In this document: piece after piece, positions 25,322 to 39,659 of the stretch
Numbering within the stretch: the stretch's first letter is position 1
How the letters are laid out: the number at the start of each line of letters is the position of its first letter
DNA from: Mobula hypostoma
Taxonomy: Eukaryota
Assembly: GCF_963921235.1 (NCBI RefSeq)
Contig: NC_086108.1
Location: forward strand, 84,818,001-84,882,000
Length of the DNA: 64,000 bases
Reading direction: 5' to 3'
Translations under genes and position numbers: made by a program
The notes under the pieces: model-generated
The model's input: the letters and a program-made list of their open reading frames with translations, nothing else
The model's database searches: none
Told to the model about the DNA's origin: nothing

Positions 25322-25640
25322 GGCTACACTAATATAGTAGAATAATACTGAAACAGGGCTTTACATATTGATTTGACGGGCATCTGAACCAACAGGTAGA
25401 ATATAGAAAATCTGTTTGTGACATTTTCTTTGAAAAAGCAAGAAAGACAAGGTGGAGACAAAAGACTTGTGGCTCTACATTATTGTATAATTATTGTGCT
25501 GTTAATTTACTGAAGAGAATTGTGTACACCTAGGAATGAAGTATTTTGCTCTGTTATTAGGATAAGCGTAGGTTATGTATTTTCTTTGAAGTTGGTGGAT
25601 GGGGTTGAAGTAAATTAATATGCTGTTATGCTGCACTAAC

Positions 25641-25738
25641 CTTGAAAGACACCCCTGGCTTATATGTTTCTGGCACTTCCCAGCTCAGCAACACTGATGT
25701 CTTCATTACTGCCTTCACCCGAAAATTCTTGGCAAACA
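25641..25738 (-). CDS. PTPRF: PTPRF exon, FN3-8 first part (98 nt)
   Basis: Translated by hand: [39 protein letters not shown] acceptor, AAG|GTTAGT donor. Confidence 0.92.
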
Positions 25739-27622
25739 CTATGAGAAAAGGTCATAAAGATCACAAATTGGATGTTCCTCAATATGGCTCTGCATCAACA
25801 GTAACTGAACAAACTAATATCTCACCATTGCCTTTGACAGTGCACAATACCAAATTGTATGGATTTTAAATCAAATACTGTATAAGATGACTGTACATTC
25901 ATATTGAATATGCACCCAAATTCTGGTTCAGAAGTCATATTTAGCCTTCTACACTGGTTTATGTGAGGCTGAATGGTTGTTAGTAGTGAGGGAGCAATGA
26001 AGGAATAGAAATTACACATCCACCTTTTTAAAAACATATTTATTTAATAGGATATGAGCATCACCAACCAGATTAGAATTTATGGAATTCACTTTAAGGA
26101 GGCTTTGGTGAGTTACCTACTTGAACCACAGCAGTTCTGTTGATGTGGATACCCTCACAATACTATTGGATAGAAAGCTTCCAAGGTTATATAGTAAGAG
26201 ACTTGGAAGGGAATCTATTGGTGGTAATGTTTCCGTGTATCTGCTGCTCCCAACTTTCTTGGAGGTTTAGGTCTTGAGCTTGGGAGGTACTTTCAGAGTC
26301 TCCTTGGTGAATAACTGCAGTGTAATTTGTAAACAAATATACCTTGCAGCCATAATGTGCTCATGCAGGAGGGAATGAATATAAAAAGTGGGATGCCAAT
26401 CTGATGGGCTATTTTGTACATTTCCTAGGTGGTGTTGGAACTGCATAGGTACAAGTGGAAAATGTTCCATGAGCTCCTGACATGTTCCTTGTAAATTGAA
26501 GAGATCCTCTGGGCTGTCAAATTGAGTCTCTTGTCACAGGAAAACGAGGTATTAATATACCTATGTAGCTATAGCATTTATGTGGCCGATCCAGGATTTT
26601 GACGGTGAGAGACATAGCAATGGTAATGTTTTTGACTGAAGAATAGACATTTATATGCTCTTTTAATGGAATTGGTCATTGCCTTTTGCTTTTAGACTTT
26701 TATGACACAGCTATCATTTGCCATTTATCAATGATGGTTGAACATTGCTTAGGGCAAGCATAGATAATTTCTTTGCTTATTCCCTCTCCTCTTAGTCGGA
26801 TTAAGATTAACTCCCTCTTCCCCTCATCTTACAAACCTCCACATTTAACAAATACACAATTTCCAACAATCTTCAATGAGATTTCAATACCAGACTCATC
26901 TTCTTCCCTCTTCCCTTCACTAATTCTCTCTCTCTCCCACCCTGAACTACATCTTTGGAGCTCTTACTTGGTCTATCAACATAAGCTCAAGAGACAGTAC
27001 CTGGGAGAGTTGCAATTCCCAGACTTAACACTGAATTTCAGGTAATATCTATCTATCTATCTCTCTCTCTCTCTCTTTTTTTTCCTTCCCCCTCTATTTC
27101 CTATTTTTTTAAAATTGCTTCTTTGACAATTTTGGCCTGCATTCTATCAGTCAATCCCATTATTCTTTTCAATCCCTCTGCATATCCCCCATGGCCAATA
27201 CAACTGAAAACATGTCTTTTTTCCCCCTTGCTTTTTCAGCTCTGATCAAAGGACCTTGCCTGATTCTTCAACTTTGTTTCTTTTCTCACTGATCTTGCCC
27301 GGTTGCTGGAAGTGTTCAGCATATTTTGTCTTTGTTTTGGAGTGGACTGTCTGAAGTTTTTTGCTCAGAAATAATACATTGCCTTTTTCTTTTCTGACTT
27401 TCAAGTCCTTCATATATGGTATTGAATACCTACTGCACTGCAAGGCTTTGTTCTGCCTGCCAGTGCAGTATAGTTCCAACCGTCAGTGTGAACTGGGAGG
27501 AGTACAGCAATCAGATGTTGACTACTTTTCTAAAGAAGCACTAAATGTGGAATTCTGAACCTATTACTGACTATTACCATCATTCATTTACGCTAAGGCC
27601 ATTGCTCAATAATTGTCCTTAC

Positions 27623-28201
27623 CTTGGTCAACTGGCATTGTACGGGACTGAATACTGGGACTATATGGACCAGGTCCTTTGGAAGTGTGAGCTCTCACTC
27701 GAATATCATAAGTAGTATCTGGTTTCAGGTTACTCAGGGTTATTTGAGTTTCATTTGTAGTATTGGTGAGGTCCTTCAGACTGTTGATATCATGGTACAT
27801 CACTGTGTAGAGTATCATCTTCCCATTCCTCTTTGGCATAAATGGTGGGTCCCATGAAAGATCAGTGGTGGATGTTGTTAGCCCCACAACATGCAACTTC
27901 TGTGGAAAGCCAGTTGGTACACTTTCCTGTGTTATTATTTTCTTCACCATCTCTTCACCAAATCCAGCTTTGTTTTTGGCACACAACCGAAAGGTGTATG
28001 TGGCCCCCTTGTGCAAGTTCATAACTGTGTGATGGTCATCATTTTTACTCAAATCAATTATGTTTGGCTCATCTTCGTCAGCCCGGCTGTACTGCAGTCG
28101 GAAACCCAGCAGTTCACCCACCATCTCCTGTGGTGGCTGCCACTGAATAAGGGCAGTGTTCATATGGGTGACACTGATAACCATTGCAGGTTTTCCAGGA
28201 A
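27623..28201 (-). CDS. PTPRF: PTPRF exon, FN3 repeats 6-7 (579 nt)
   Basis: VPGKP...HKGATYTFRLCAKNKAGFGEE...AHTSKGPGPYSPSIQSRTMPVDQ; CTTTAG acceptor, AAG|GTAAGG donor. Confidence 0.95.
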
Positions 28202-28289
28202 CTAAAGATTTAAAAAAAAGCACAATTATAATAAACTTATGAGTACATTCTTACTTAGCTCACACAATTACCTTTCAAAGGTACCTTTT

Positions 28290-28525
28290 TAGCTAGAGGG
28301 TGGTGAATCTATGGAATTTGTTGCCACGGGCGGCAGTGGAGGCCAAGTCATTGGGTGTATTTAAGGCAGAGGTTGATAGGTATCTGAGTAACCAGGGCAT
28401 CAAAGGTTATGGTGAGAAGGCGGGGGAGCGGGACTAAATGGGAGAATGGATCAGCTCATGATAAAATGGCGGAGCAGGCTCGATGGACCGAATGGCCGAC
28501 TTCTGCTCCTTTGTCTTATGGTCTA
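28290..28525 (+). mobile_element. CR1 LINE 3' end
   Basis: gtggtgaatctatggaat...gaggccaagtcattgggtgtatttaaggcagag...ttctgctcct..tcttatggtct, same as 47880-48113. Confidence 0.8.
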
Positions 28526-29455
28526 AAGTCATTAGTCTCACAGGGGCCAAATATTCCTGCAACATTGAAAAGTAATGCAAGTATCAGTTACTAATTCAAA
28601 CACATTTTTTCAGTGCTTGGGTTTTCTTCCTCTCTTCAAAAACTCCTTGCTGTGCACACACTCAAAACTCAATATACGGCTGCTTCTTTCTACTTTAGTC
28701 TCAATGTATTGAGTAAACAGAATTTATATATTCAGACCAGTAAGTTACTTGTCTAATATTAAACATGCCCATAAAAGCAGGAATCTCACATTTTGATTAT
28801 TTTTATCCAACTCTTGCTAACAATCAGTTCTCTTCCTCTATCATAAATATAGTCTATTTAAAAAAAGAATTCCCAAAGAGCAAGTGAAAAATTGCACCAA
28901 TGCAAGGCTCAATTATTTATGTTTTGTGGTGTACATTATGGTAGATTACAACATTTTGAGAATCTCTGACACTCACCTTCAATCTGAAAAATTGAAACAG
29001 TTGCTTACCAGTCAACAATATTTTTACCATCTTACTCAGTTAAACGTGCAGTACCTTCAGATCTAGATAGCCATTCCATCACCATTACAGATGAGTCCAA
29101 CTATCTTCATTCCTTTCAATGCTACAGAACTTTGGGAGGACTTAACTTACGGTTCATTCTTAACATTCATTGAACTGAATCTAACTCAGTATAACAATTA
29201 ATGCTGTAAAATTCTGATTTAATAATTTTCATCTACAACTCTGCATGCACAGAATATATCATTTGTTTAATCTCTAAATATTTCCATTTAATGCCAATGT
29301 TTAAGATTAAGTCTATTTAAAGGTAATCACTAATAACTCATGTCAATACCAAGATGAAAAAAAAGTTCTTCCTCGGAATTCCACTTGTCAAAAGAACTAC
29401 TCTTAGTATAAAAACACAAGCAGACAAGGGCTACAGTACTTGAGATACTACCTAC

Positions 29456-29573
29456 CAGCCCCCGAAGTAGTAACCAGTTTGGGCTTGCTACGAGCTCCAT
29501 CCCCTCGAATGGTATATGCTGCTACTGTAATGGAATATGTTGTTTCAGGCATCAGTCCCCCAATGGAAGCTTC
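29456..29573 (-). CDS. PTPRF: PTPRF exon, FN3-5 second part (118 nt)
   Basis: Translated by hand: [45 protein letters not shown] acceptor, CTG|GTAGGT donor. Confidence 0.93.
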
Positions 29574-30914
29574 CTATTATAAATTGCACCAGAAATAAAT
29601 TTGTTACACAGAAATCAACATGACATATATTCCAATAAAGCTCAATCAGGATTTGCCGAGAACCAAAGGACAGAGGCCTTGCTGGCACAGAATCTCAGGT
29701 ATAAATTTGATTGCTGTATAGGCAGCCAACTAGCTGTACCAAGGAGGCTTATCCAGCAACAGGACAAAAGGCAAAAGCTATCAGAGGGCAGAGTAAAAAT
29801 ATCACTCCAGAGCACAAGAACATCTTAATTTAAATGAACATAAACAAAATACATATACATATTCTATTGACTGTTTAAAGAAATTACCAATTGGAAATTT
29901 GTTAAGTCTTAAACTGCACTTTGTAAAAAATAATCACTGTATCAACATCTGTATCCAGGTAATTAAAAAAACGTATTATTTGTGCAAGCAATCCAGGTGA
30001 ATTGATCACATCTGTTAGCTGCCAGTTATTTCAGAGGTGCCAAACTCAATAATCCACAGAAGCATACAAACATATGAATGATATAATGCAATAGAATTAT
30101 CAAAGAGGATCAACCAAGGAAATAATTTACAGAAATCAAAAAGCAACAGCAAGTGCACTGTAAACCCCAAACATGCATACCAATATAGACACACTGTCAC
30201 CTCATCCCAATGCTGCATCAATTACTTTAGACAATAACATTTTGATTCTTTCAGGTCATCTGGTAAAATTGATCATTTGTGAGCAAACAGGAAAAAGGCT
30301 CTCTGTACAGAAGCATATTATGAGTTTTTTTTCCTTCTGTGTGTAATACAACTGACACGTACTGTTAAATCGTATATGCGTATGTAGATTGTGTATAGAT
30401 AACACAATTTATAATTTTATTTCCTTGGTCATTTGGGCATTAATAAAATTTGTACCATATCCTTTTCTAAAATTAGTAAGCAAATGTTGCACTTTACGAC
30501 AAGAAAAACAGCAATTTTGTGTGAACAATTAAGTCAGCCTCTTTCCATGAATTATGTCATTGCCTTGAAATAAAGTTATCTCAATTTCAGGACAATCTCC
30601 TGAGCTTTAATAACTGGGAATGGAAATTAATAACGTAAATATGTAAAGATGTATTTCTGTTTTCCTGCTGGTTGATGTGATGTCTACCGGAACCCAGATT
30701 CCCAATTTAGTGAATCAATAAACATTCAAACTGACACTCCAATGCCTCGATTAATAAGTGAGAGTTTGCTGCCAACCTTAAACTAAATATAAATGGAGCT
30801 TTATAGGCAAAAGGGAAGGGAACAATATTAAGAGACATGAAATAAAAACATAACAAAGCCTTCAAAGGGTCACTATTTGGGAGGGAACCACAGTATATCA
30901 CTGAAGAGGGAGCA

Positions 30915-32440
30915 GCTGAAAGTCTTCAAGAGGTGAACCCCTCATGGAAAACATCCCACCCAGACAGGGTACCTGGCCACAAGAGACCTGTGATCAACTG
31001 GCAGGAATGTTCACCTATACCTTTAACCTCTCACTTCGGCCGTCTGAGGTATCCACCTACTTCAAGCAGGCAGCAATCACATTGGTACCCAAGAAGAATG
31101 TTACCTGCCTCAATTACTATACGTCACATTTACATCTACGGAGTTCTTTGAGAAGTGATGAAACGTATCAATTCCTGCTTGAGAAGCAACTTGGATCCAC
31201 TCCAAATTCCCAACCATCTCTACAGCTCAACAGTGGATACTATTTCATTGTCTCTTCACACAACCCTGGAATGTCTGGACAGCAAAGGTGCAAACATCAG
31301 GATGCTCTCAATGACTACAACTCTGCATTCATAGTATCATCCCCTCAGAAGGAATCAATAAGCTTCAAGAACATGGCCTCAATACCTCCTTGTGCAACTA
31401 GATCCTCGATTTCCTCACTTACAGACCCCAGTCAGTTCAGGTTTGCAATGATATCTCCTCCTCAAACTCCATCAGCACAGGTGCACCGTAAGGCTGTGTG
31501 CTTAGCGTTCTGCCTTACTTACTTTATCCTTATAACTGTAAGGCTAAACACAGCTCCAATGCCATATTTAAGTTTGCTGATAACACCACAGTCTGCATAT
31601 AGAAGGGAGACTGAAAATCTGGCTGTGTGATGCCACAACAACCACCTCCCACTCAGGGTCAGAAAAACCAAGGAATATGATTGCTGACTTCAGGAGAAGG
31701 AAGCTGGAGGTCCATGAGCCAGTCCTTTCTGGAGGATCAGAGGTGGAGAGGGTCAGCAACTTCAAATCCCTTGGTGTTATCATTTCAGAGGATCTGCCCT
31801 GGGTCTGGCATGCATCCATTATGAAGAAAGCACAGCAGTACCTCTACTTCCATTGGAGTTCGCGAAGATTCATATGTTATCTCAAACTCTGACAAACTTC
31901 TATAGATGTGTGGTGGAGAGTATACTGACTGGTTGCATCATGGACAGGTATGAAAACACTAATGCTCTTGAACAGAAAAGCCTACAAAAGTAATGGATAC
32001 AGTCCGGTCCATCACAAGTCAAGCCCTCCCCACCATTGAGCACATCTACGTGGAGCACTGTTGCAGGAAAGCAGCAGCTATCATCAAGGTCTTTCACCAT
32101 CCAGGCCATGCTCCCTTTTTGTTGCTGCCGTTAGGAAGGTGGTACGGGAGCCTCAGGCTTAGAAACAGTTATTACCCCTCAATCATCAGGCTGTTAAACC
32201 AGAGGAGATAACTTCACTCATCTTACCTCGCCCCATCACTGAACTATTTCCAAAAACTATGAACTCACTTCCAAGGATTCTACATTTTATGTTCTCAATA
32301 TTTAATGGTTATTTATTTAGTATTACTATTTTTATCTTTTTGTATTTGCACAGCTTGCTGTCTTTCATAAATTGTTTGTTTATTCATTCTTTTGGGGGCG
32401 ATCTTTCATTGATTCTATTGTGTTTACTTTGAAATTTCAT
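30915..32440 (+). mobile_element. Rex1/Babar-type LINE, degenerate RT and 3' end
   Basis: CDQLAGMFTYTFNLSL, FKQAAITLVPKK, VERVSNFKSLGVIISEDL remnants; same family as 18160-20215. Confidence 0.85.
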
Positions 32441-33424
32441 ATCACCAAGGTATATAATTATCTTCCCACTGGCAGTCCAGAGACAAGATCAATACATGAA
32501 TGAGCTTATGGTAATGAAACGAATGAGAAACCTCAATCTCCACATGCATATATGTTTGTTTACTGTGGGCAGCAATAGGCCCATGAAGGGCACGGTAAGT
32601 GAAATTCAGGTTTGAGCAGCAAAGTGGAGTAGTCTTGGCTAGTCAGTTTGCCCAATTCTCTTTCACATTCATGCTTGTTGAGTTTTGACATCTTGCAATT
32701 TGGTTAAACAAATAATCCAACTGATAAAGCCTAGAACATCTTTTCCTGAGAAAGGTACCTTCTTAAAAATATCCTCAGTAGCCAGAAAATGAATTACTCA
32801 CACATCTTCTATCTGGAATGTCAATACTAAGTTGACTGTGGGTTTGTTTTTTTTCACTGATCCTTTCCATTGTTTATCCTAAATCCTTCATGCTATGCTG
32901 AAAACAAGCTGATCTTGATCATGTTTTGTTGTGAAGACTGGAGATTTAGCCAGATGAGTTGTTCCAGCACCACTGTTTTACATGAAATCAGTACCAATGA
33001 AACAAACCTCAATTTGCAACACATCACACAAAACGGTGAAGAGGTAAAGCATGCATTGTGCCAGCACCATTAAAACAGAACAGCAGAATGCCCATGAGAT
33101 ACTCCCAGCAGGTATACTTCTCATGCAAATGTGCAGTTTAATGAATAGAGGAAGATCAATGCAAAATGGCAAGTGAGGGATGTCAAAGAGAGATTAACAA
33201 AGGTATACACTCTCTGTCACTTCTTTTTAAATTTGTTTCTCAAGACCCAACAAGTACCTCTATTGTTCCTTTCAGTTTATCAATAAATCTCTACATTCTC
33301 ACTCTATGCTGATTCATGCAAGCATAGCAATTCTCACTGCACCATGTTAACTTGAATCTTAACATATGTTGTAAATATATGGTACTTTTTTTTCCAGAAA
33401 ATTTTATCTTAAATGGTTGCTTGA

Positions 33425-33730
33425 GCAGCATGGAAGCACAGCAGTTGCTCTGCTGCTTCAGAGTTCCAGGGGCCCAGACTCTATCCTGAAGTTAGTGTAT
33501 TTGTGAAGCTTGAACATTTTCCTATGATCATGCAGGTTTCCTCTGGCTGCTCTGGTTTCCTCCTACATTGCAAAGGCATGCAGACAAATTAACTGGATAC
33601 TGTAATTCCCTTGAATTTTAATGACGAAGAAAAACCAAAAAGGAGTTGATGACTGTGTCTGAGAGAGAACAAGTCTTAAGGGTACAGGGAAATGGGACTA
33701 ATGGGATTGCTCATCAGGGAACCCGCATAG
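33425..33730 (+). mobile_element. Degenerate tRNA-derived SINE
   Basis: SINE body motif ggtttcctctggctgctctggtttcctcctacattgcaaag shared with other copies. Confidence 0.6.
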
Positions 33731-34495
33731 ATCTGGACAGAGATTCTTATTCATGGGGAAGTTAGATTTCTTCAAGGAGGTTTTGAGAGCACAGCTCCAA
33801 GGAACTAGGCTCTGTTCTGACCTCTGTAGAGTTCACACATTCTCTCTGTGTGAAGGGAAATGTCAAGATGTTTTGGAATTTCCTTTGCAGATCAGTAGCA
33901 GTTATTAGTGTTAGGAAAACTAAATTTTTTTTGGATTGCAACATTGCACTTATCTCTTTCCAGCACTGGATTGTAAATAATAGCTGCCAAAACCTTTTAT
34001 AAATATTTGCAGATAGTTCAACCATTAATAGAAACTTCTAAATCTCTACTCTATTTGTATTTGTTTTAGGCTTTTTTAAGTGGACAAAAACTGAGGAAAC
34101 TGCAAGATTTAATTATACATTTAACCCCAGAAGTATTGTTTCAAATCAAGTAGGACCAGAAAAAGTTGAATTTGTATGGTAGATTGATTATCTAAAAAAA
34201 TGCATTTGATAGTGATTTTTTTTAATCATTGACCTAGACCATGCTTGCCACAAGGCATGATAGGTGCGGTCAGTACCACTATACAGTGCAGAGTGATTGC
34301 TACATTGAGTCATGGAATGGAACGTAGGCTTCCGTAAATATAGAAACTCTCAACAAAAAAATTATAGAACTAATAGTTTTGAGACCCTAACTGTTTCTTT
34401 CTTACTTAAATCTGCTTTGTAACATTCACCTTTGACATCCCTCTAATGATTTGTGATTGAAGGCCCATGCCCAGAATTGCATGTTTATTACTCAC

Positions 34496-34522
34496 ATAAT
34501 CCTGGGTGTCCTCAGACTCCCA
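34496..34522 (-). CDS. PTPRF: PTPRF 27-nt microexon in FN3-5 (mini-exon C / LASE-c equivalent), WESEDTQDY
   Basis: CATTTAG|TGGGAGTCTGAGGACACCCAGGATTAT|GTGAGT; phase 0-0; 9-aa W...Y insert at the position of the LAR-family meC exon. Confidence 0.88.
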
Positions 34523-35084
34523 CTAAATGGATGGTTGGGGGAAAATAAAGACAATCAGAAAGAAGGGATTAGAGGAAAGACAATTCAGACTAGATTAGTA
34601 AGGATACATGCTAACTATAAACAAAAAAAACTACAGAACATATCAAAATATAAACTTTACCCTGGTTTGAATGGCAGGTTCATCTTCCAAACTGGAACAA
34701 GATTCAGCCACTGTATTTACAGTGGCAGTGTTTGAGACATGCTCGTTCAGTAGCTGTTGCTTACCCTTTGTTTAACCTTTCGTAGAGCATAGCCCTTAGT
34801 TGTCATACCACACTTCAGGTCATCAGAGATGAGACATATATTCCAGAAATATTACACAAACAAAAAGTAATACCGAACTACAAAATCAAGAACAGCATAT
34901 ATTCACATTACAGTCACCCTCAATTATCCTCTACGCATTTCACATCTTTTTAGATTGTCAACTATTATCTGGGTGGCATTCAAGTACTCTACAGATACAA
35001 AAATATGATTACAATATTATTTTAAATTTCAGCAATGAATATAGGTGACAATTAAATCAACCTGATTAATTTCCACTCAAAAAC

Positions 35085-35772
35085 AAGGATATTGTTCATT
35101 CATATACAATATTTTGAGCAGTTTTGGACCCCTTTTCTATGTTCTGTCATTGGTGAGGGTTCAAAGGAGGTTCACAAAAATGAACCTGACGAAGGGTCTC
35201 GGCCTGAAACGTCGACTGCGCCTCTTCCTATAGATGCTGCTTGGCCTGCTGCGTTCACCAGCAACTTTGATGTATGTTGCTTGAATTTCCAGCATCTGCA
35301 GAATTCCTGTTGTTCACAAAAATGATTCCAGGATTGAAAGGTTTACCATAAGAGGAGCGTTTGACGGCTCTGGGCCTGCATTCACTGGAATTCAGAAGAA
35401 CGAAGGTGAGGTGGGGGAGGGGGATTTTAATTGAAACCTATCGAATGTTGAAAGATCTCGATAGAGTGGACAGGATGTTTCCTATGGTGGCAGAGTCCAA
35501 GAGCAGAGGGCACAGCCTCAGAATAGAGGAAGGATTTCTTTAGTGAGGGAGTGGTGAATCTGTGGAATTCGTTGCCAAAGGCGGCTGTGGAGGCCAAATC
35601 ATTGGGTATATTTAAGCAAAGGTTGATAAGATTCTTGATTAGTCAAGGCACGAAGGGAAATGGGAAGGGCAGACGATTGGGGCTCAGAGGGAAATGGATC
35701 AGTCAAGATGAAATGACGAAGCAGACTCACTGGGACAAATAGCCTAAATCTACACCATTATCTTATGATCTA
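35085..35772 (+). mobile_element. CR1 LINE 3' fragment (host of a hammerhead-type insertion)
   Basis: EQFWTP, ALGLHSLEFRR, LIETYRMLKDLDRVD, VNLWNSLP remnants. Confidence 0.8.
35184..35311 (+). ncRNA. 128-bp Penelope-derived insertion with minimal hammerhead ribozyme core
   Basis: CTGACGA (35186-92), helix II GGGT/GCCT, GAAA (35206-09), C-GTC then GACTG; 14-bp TSD gttcacaaaaatga; activity not shown. Confidence 0.75.
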
Positions 35773-37157
35773 ATATGCTTGTTAGAGCAAAGTTTATCAG
35801 TATTGGAATTAACGCAAGGTGCAAAATTTATATTCAAAGTTAACATCTATCACTAGGACAAGCCACAGCAAGTAAACTGGCAGTCTGCTGTCTGAAAGTC
35901 CATTACTAAATCCTTCCAAGGGGTTATTCCGCTTCTAATAACATCAGACCAACCTAATAATCACAGATTATTTAACTAATGACTTCCTATATCTGTCTGT
36001 TATACAAACACACACTGAATATATGATAAACAATGCATTTCTCAGTAATTAATGGTAGAAAGTTTCTTGTTAAACCATAGTTATACCAAGTTGAATCATT
36101 TTATCTTATCAGACTAACAGATGAAAAACATTTGGTCAGCAATTCAGTGCCTACACAAAAACTAATAAGAAATTATTTGGAAGTGTTGAACTGCTGAATT
36201 AAACTACTAAAAAAAAGCAGAACTGTTTGCCACTATCGTTTGAAGATATTTGATAAAATGCAAATTTTTCAGCCTTTTTCAGAAAAGTAGAAGAGACATC
36301 CATTAACTGCAATATTTAAAAAATGATGAATAGGAGGAAATAATTATATTAAACACCACAATTCCTCACACACTATTCATGTCCCAACACTGGAAAACAG
36401 CAAATATAACTATCACACAAGGAGGAAGGTAGAAACATGAGACTAAAATTTAGTTTGTCTGACATGAAGAAAATGCTAGAATCCATGATTGAGGAAATAG
36501 CAAAAGGAAAATCAATCAAGCAGACTCAACATGACACTTTGAAAGGAAAAACGCCTTTTTTGAGGGTATTACAAGCTAGGCAATTAGAGGGGAACTGACA
36601 GATATAGTATATTTGCCTTTCTAGATGACCATCAGTAAGCTGCTATATAACAGGTTACTGCACAAGGTTGGAGGTCAAGGCATTGGTGGTATTTACATGA
36701 CAAACAGCTAGTATAAATGAGCGAGTTTCAGGTTGTTAAGCAACTTGAGTTGCTGCAGGAATCTGTGCTGTTGTCCCAGTTGATGATAATCTCCACTCAT
36801 GCATAGATGAAGGAATTGAATATGGCGTAGCCAAATTTGCTGATGGTTCAAAGGCGCATGAGAAATAAATTCTAAACATACTTGCTGTATTTTATATTTA
36901 TGAAGAGGCTACCAGGCATTGAAAATATGGTTTTACATACTCTATAAAGAAAAATCTGGACTTGGTGACGGAGAATGCAATTTCTAAGTTTGAGAACAAT
37001 GCAAACTCTTGCATGCTGTGTTGAAAACAAAGTTCCAATTAGATTTGGTAAACAAGCAAGACAGGTTATCTGAAAGTTGCAAGAAATAAAGAATGAAAAA
37101 AGGATACTTAAAAATAGTAAGGAATAGTATGACACCTACCATTACAACCTACTAAAC

Positions 37158-37349
37158 CAGGGGTCAGCAACCTTAAGTACAAATGATTTTCTAGCATGTG
37201 TTATTCACTAATTTGAGGCAAAACATAACTAGGTGTATTTAAATGGATAATTCCCATATTTCAAGTTTTTTAATGGCATTTATCTGGCCCATCGTCCGCT
37301 CATTAATATGCGATCCAGTCCATAGAGGCAAAAAGGTTGCCGACCCCTG
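37158..37349. mobile_element. hAT (Charlie-like) MITE, 192 bp
   Basis: TIR caggggtcagcaacctt / aaggttgccgacccctg; perfect 8-bp TSD tactaaac. Confidence 0.9.
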
Positions 37350-38346
37350 TACTAAACATTACTGAAACCTGGAAGAAGCTGCAGAAAAGTCATACAAAAT
37401 AAACCTTTTCAATGTTTGCTAACACTCCTACCCATGACCATGGGTATCTAACCAAGTACTAAAATTCTCAAAATTGTCTTTTATTGTGTATTCATCAGTT
37501 TTACTTTGATTCCAACTGGTTTCACTTGAAGGTAAAGAAAATAAGGCAACGATAGCTGCTACAAGCAGTAAAATAATTTACCAGTTACATTCTTCAACCC
37601 AGACAGAAAGTCATGATTCAAAAAATACTGATATCTATTACACAAAATACTTTAATAATACTTTAGCAACAATACAAGTCAACAACTTTTAATTGTGTGC
37701 TTGTCTTCACATTTTGTTTTAGTTATTTTACAAAATAAGTTGTATTTCCTACTTTTTTTGGAGGTAGAGAGCAGATCCAAGTATGAATAAGAGTCTCCAA
37801 ATAGTTCATTTTTCAATTCCTGCTCATGGTAAAATTTTACTGTAGACCAATACACACACGTTTTTGTGCTTGATTGTATTTTACTGCTGTCTTATATCTA
37901 CACTATGTGTGCCTTGTGCTGTGGATGACTACTGGAAGTGTGTTTTGCACCTTGGCACCAGAGTAATACTGTTTCATTTGGCTGTATTACTGGATATTCC
38001 TGTATGGATGAATGACAATTCAAACTTGAACTTGAAATTGTGGTGTGTTTCAAACACCATTTAAGGATCAAAAAGAAAAAGATACCTTTAATATTATGAA
38101 TAATCAGAGCACTTATATATTTCCTAAAATAACCATTTTCTGAAAAACACATTTTTCAAACTCAAACCTAACAAGAAAGCAAGTGTAACAAAACATTATT
38201 ATGGTTTCTACTTTTAGACTCCATTTGAGAAAACTAGTCGCATACTCTGCTTCGTTTTTAGCACTTGGTAAATGTACCTTATAGTATAGTTCCTTCCTTC
38301 ATCTCATGATTCAGAATTTCAACTACTGACAAATAACAGCTCTTAC

Positions 38347-38540
38347 CTGTTCCTCTGATAACATCACATCTTTAATTACAGGATGTCCTTGTGGTTCTCC
38401 TTTCTCCATTCGCACGTAAGTTACTTGATATCCACGGATATGTCCATGATGTTTGTTAGTCATTGGTGGCTTCCAGGTGACTTTGATTGCAGTTGAGTTC
38501 ACACACTCTGCTTCCACTTTTCTTGGAGGTGCACTAGGCA
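38347..38540 (-). CDS. PTPRF: PTPRF exon, FN3-5 first part (194 nt)
   Basis: [26 protein letters not shown]...[19 protein letters not shown]...[14 protein letters not shown] acceptor, CAG|GTAAGA donor. Confidence 0.94.
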
Positions 38541-39659
38541 CTACAGTAAAAAATGAAATTATAGTTTTTTTTCAGGAATCATTTCAGAAATCCTAATGCT
38601 CATTCATAATTGACAGTTACCATTTTCTTCTACTCTCCATCACAAAGACATAACCATTTATTATATTTAAGCGAGTCATCTCTTTTGAAAAAAAAACATT
38701 CATTACCTAGGTAATAAACAAAACAGCACTTCAGGTTAGGCTGGAGATTCTGTGCTATGTTTCAAAATCAATTTGAAAAAAAAAATTGACTAGATTTACT
38801 AATTGCCTTCAGAAAATGAAACCTAAAATTCCACAATTTGGGGTTAATTCTACAAAACTTCCAGGAGAAAAAAAGTGATCACCCAGTTCAAATTTTCTGC
38901 GCCTGATGGCTCCATATGGAGAGGAAACAAGTAGGATAACAGAACCAGCTATGAGATTACTCCTAACATTCTGTAAATCTGACGATGAATAGAAATGTTA
39001 TAAATTAATAGATGAATGCATTAAAATGATAACTTGATTTTCATGTGTGTTTAACTGTGATCACAGTGCAGGGAAGGAAAGCAAGATTATTATTTTTAAT
39101 GTTGCAGTTAAGCAATTTCTCTGATTTATGTGCACTTAATGCAGCTTCTGCTGCTTTCTATGATGTACACTTAGGGTAGATTGGAAGATCATTTAACTAA
39201 TGGCTATCATTCTGAATCTAATTGTTGTCCTCACTTGAAATTCACATAGGTCTCCTTTCAACACTTCTCACTGCTAAGTGGATTTGTGGTCTATTTTTTT
39301 TCTTCTGGAGCCTAAGAACCTCTACAGCCAACGAGCGCACCTGCGTCATTGCAACACGCACAGGGAAGGTATGATTCAGCAATGATTAATTGAGATTGAC
39401 ATATCATCTTATAGTAATTTTAAAGGAATTCCTGTATATGACATAATTTCTCCTTGCAGACATAATACAATTAGCATTAATTTCCAAGTCAATCGTGGCT
39501 CAACAAGGAAAAGATCTGAAGCATTTTCTATTTAGCACAAGACCAATATATTCTGAAGCATTCCACTTGTGCAAAGAGTCTTCTGTACATCAGGTTTCAC
39601 AAAGACCATCCCTCCTTAGAAAAGAAGATTGCTTGCCCTATAGAAAATGCAACTGAGCG

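Noticed and set aside
30944..31630. 228-aa plus-strand ORF
   Set aside because: Drifts in and out of the Rex LINE RT frame; a decayed retroelement, not a gene.
34661..34710. Alternative AG..GT candidate for mini-exon C
   Set aside because: 50 nt, not frame-preserving, poor pyrimidine tract; 34496-34522 fits far better.
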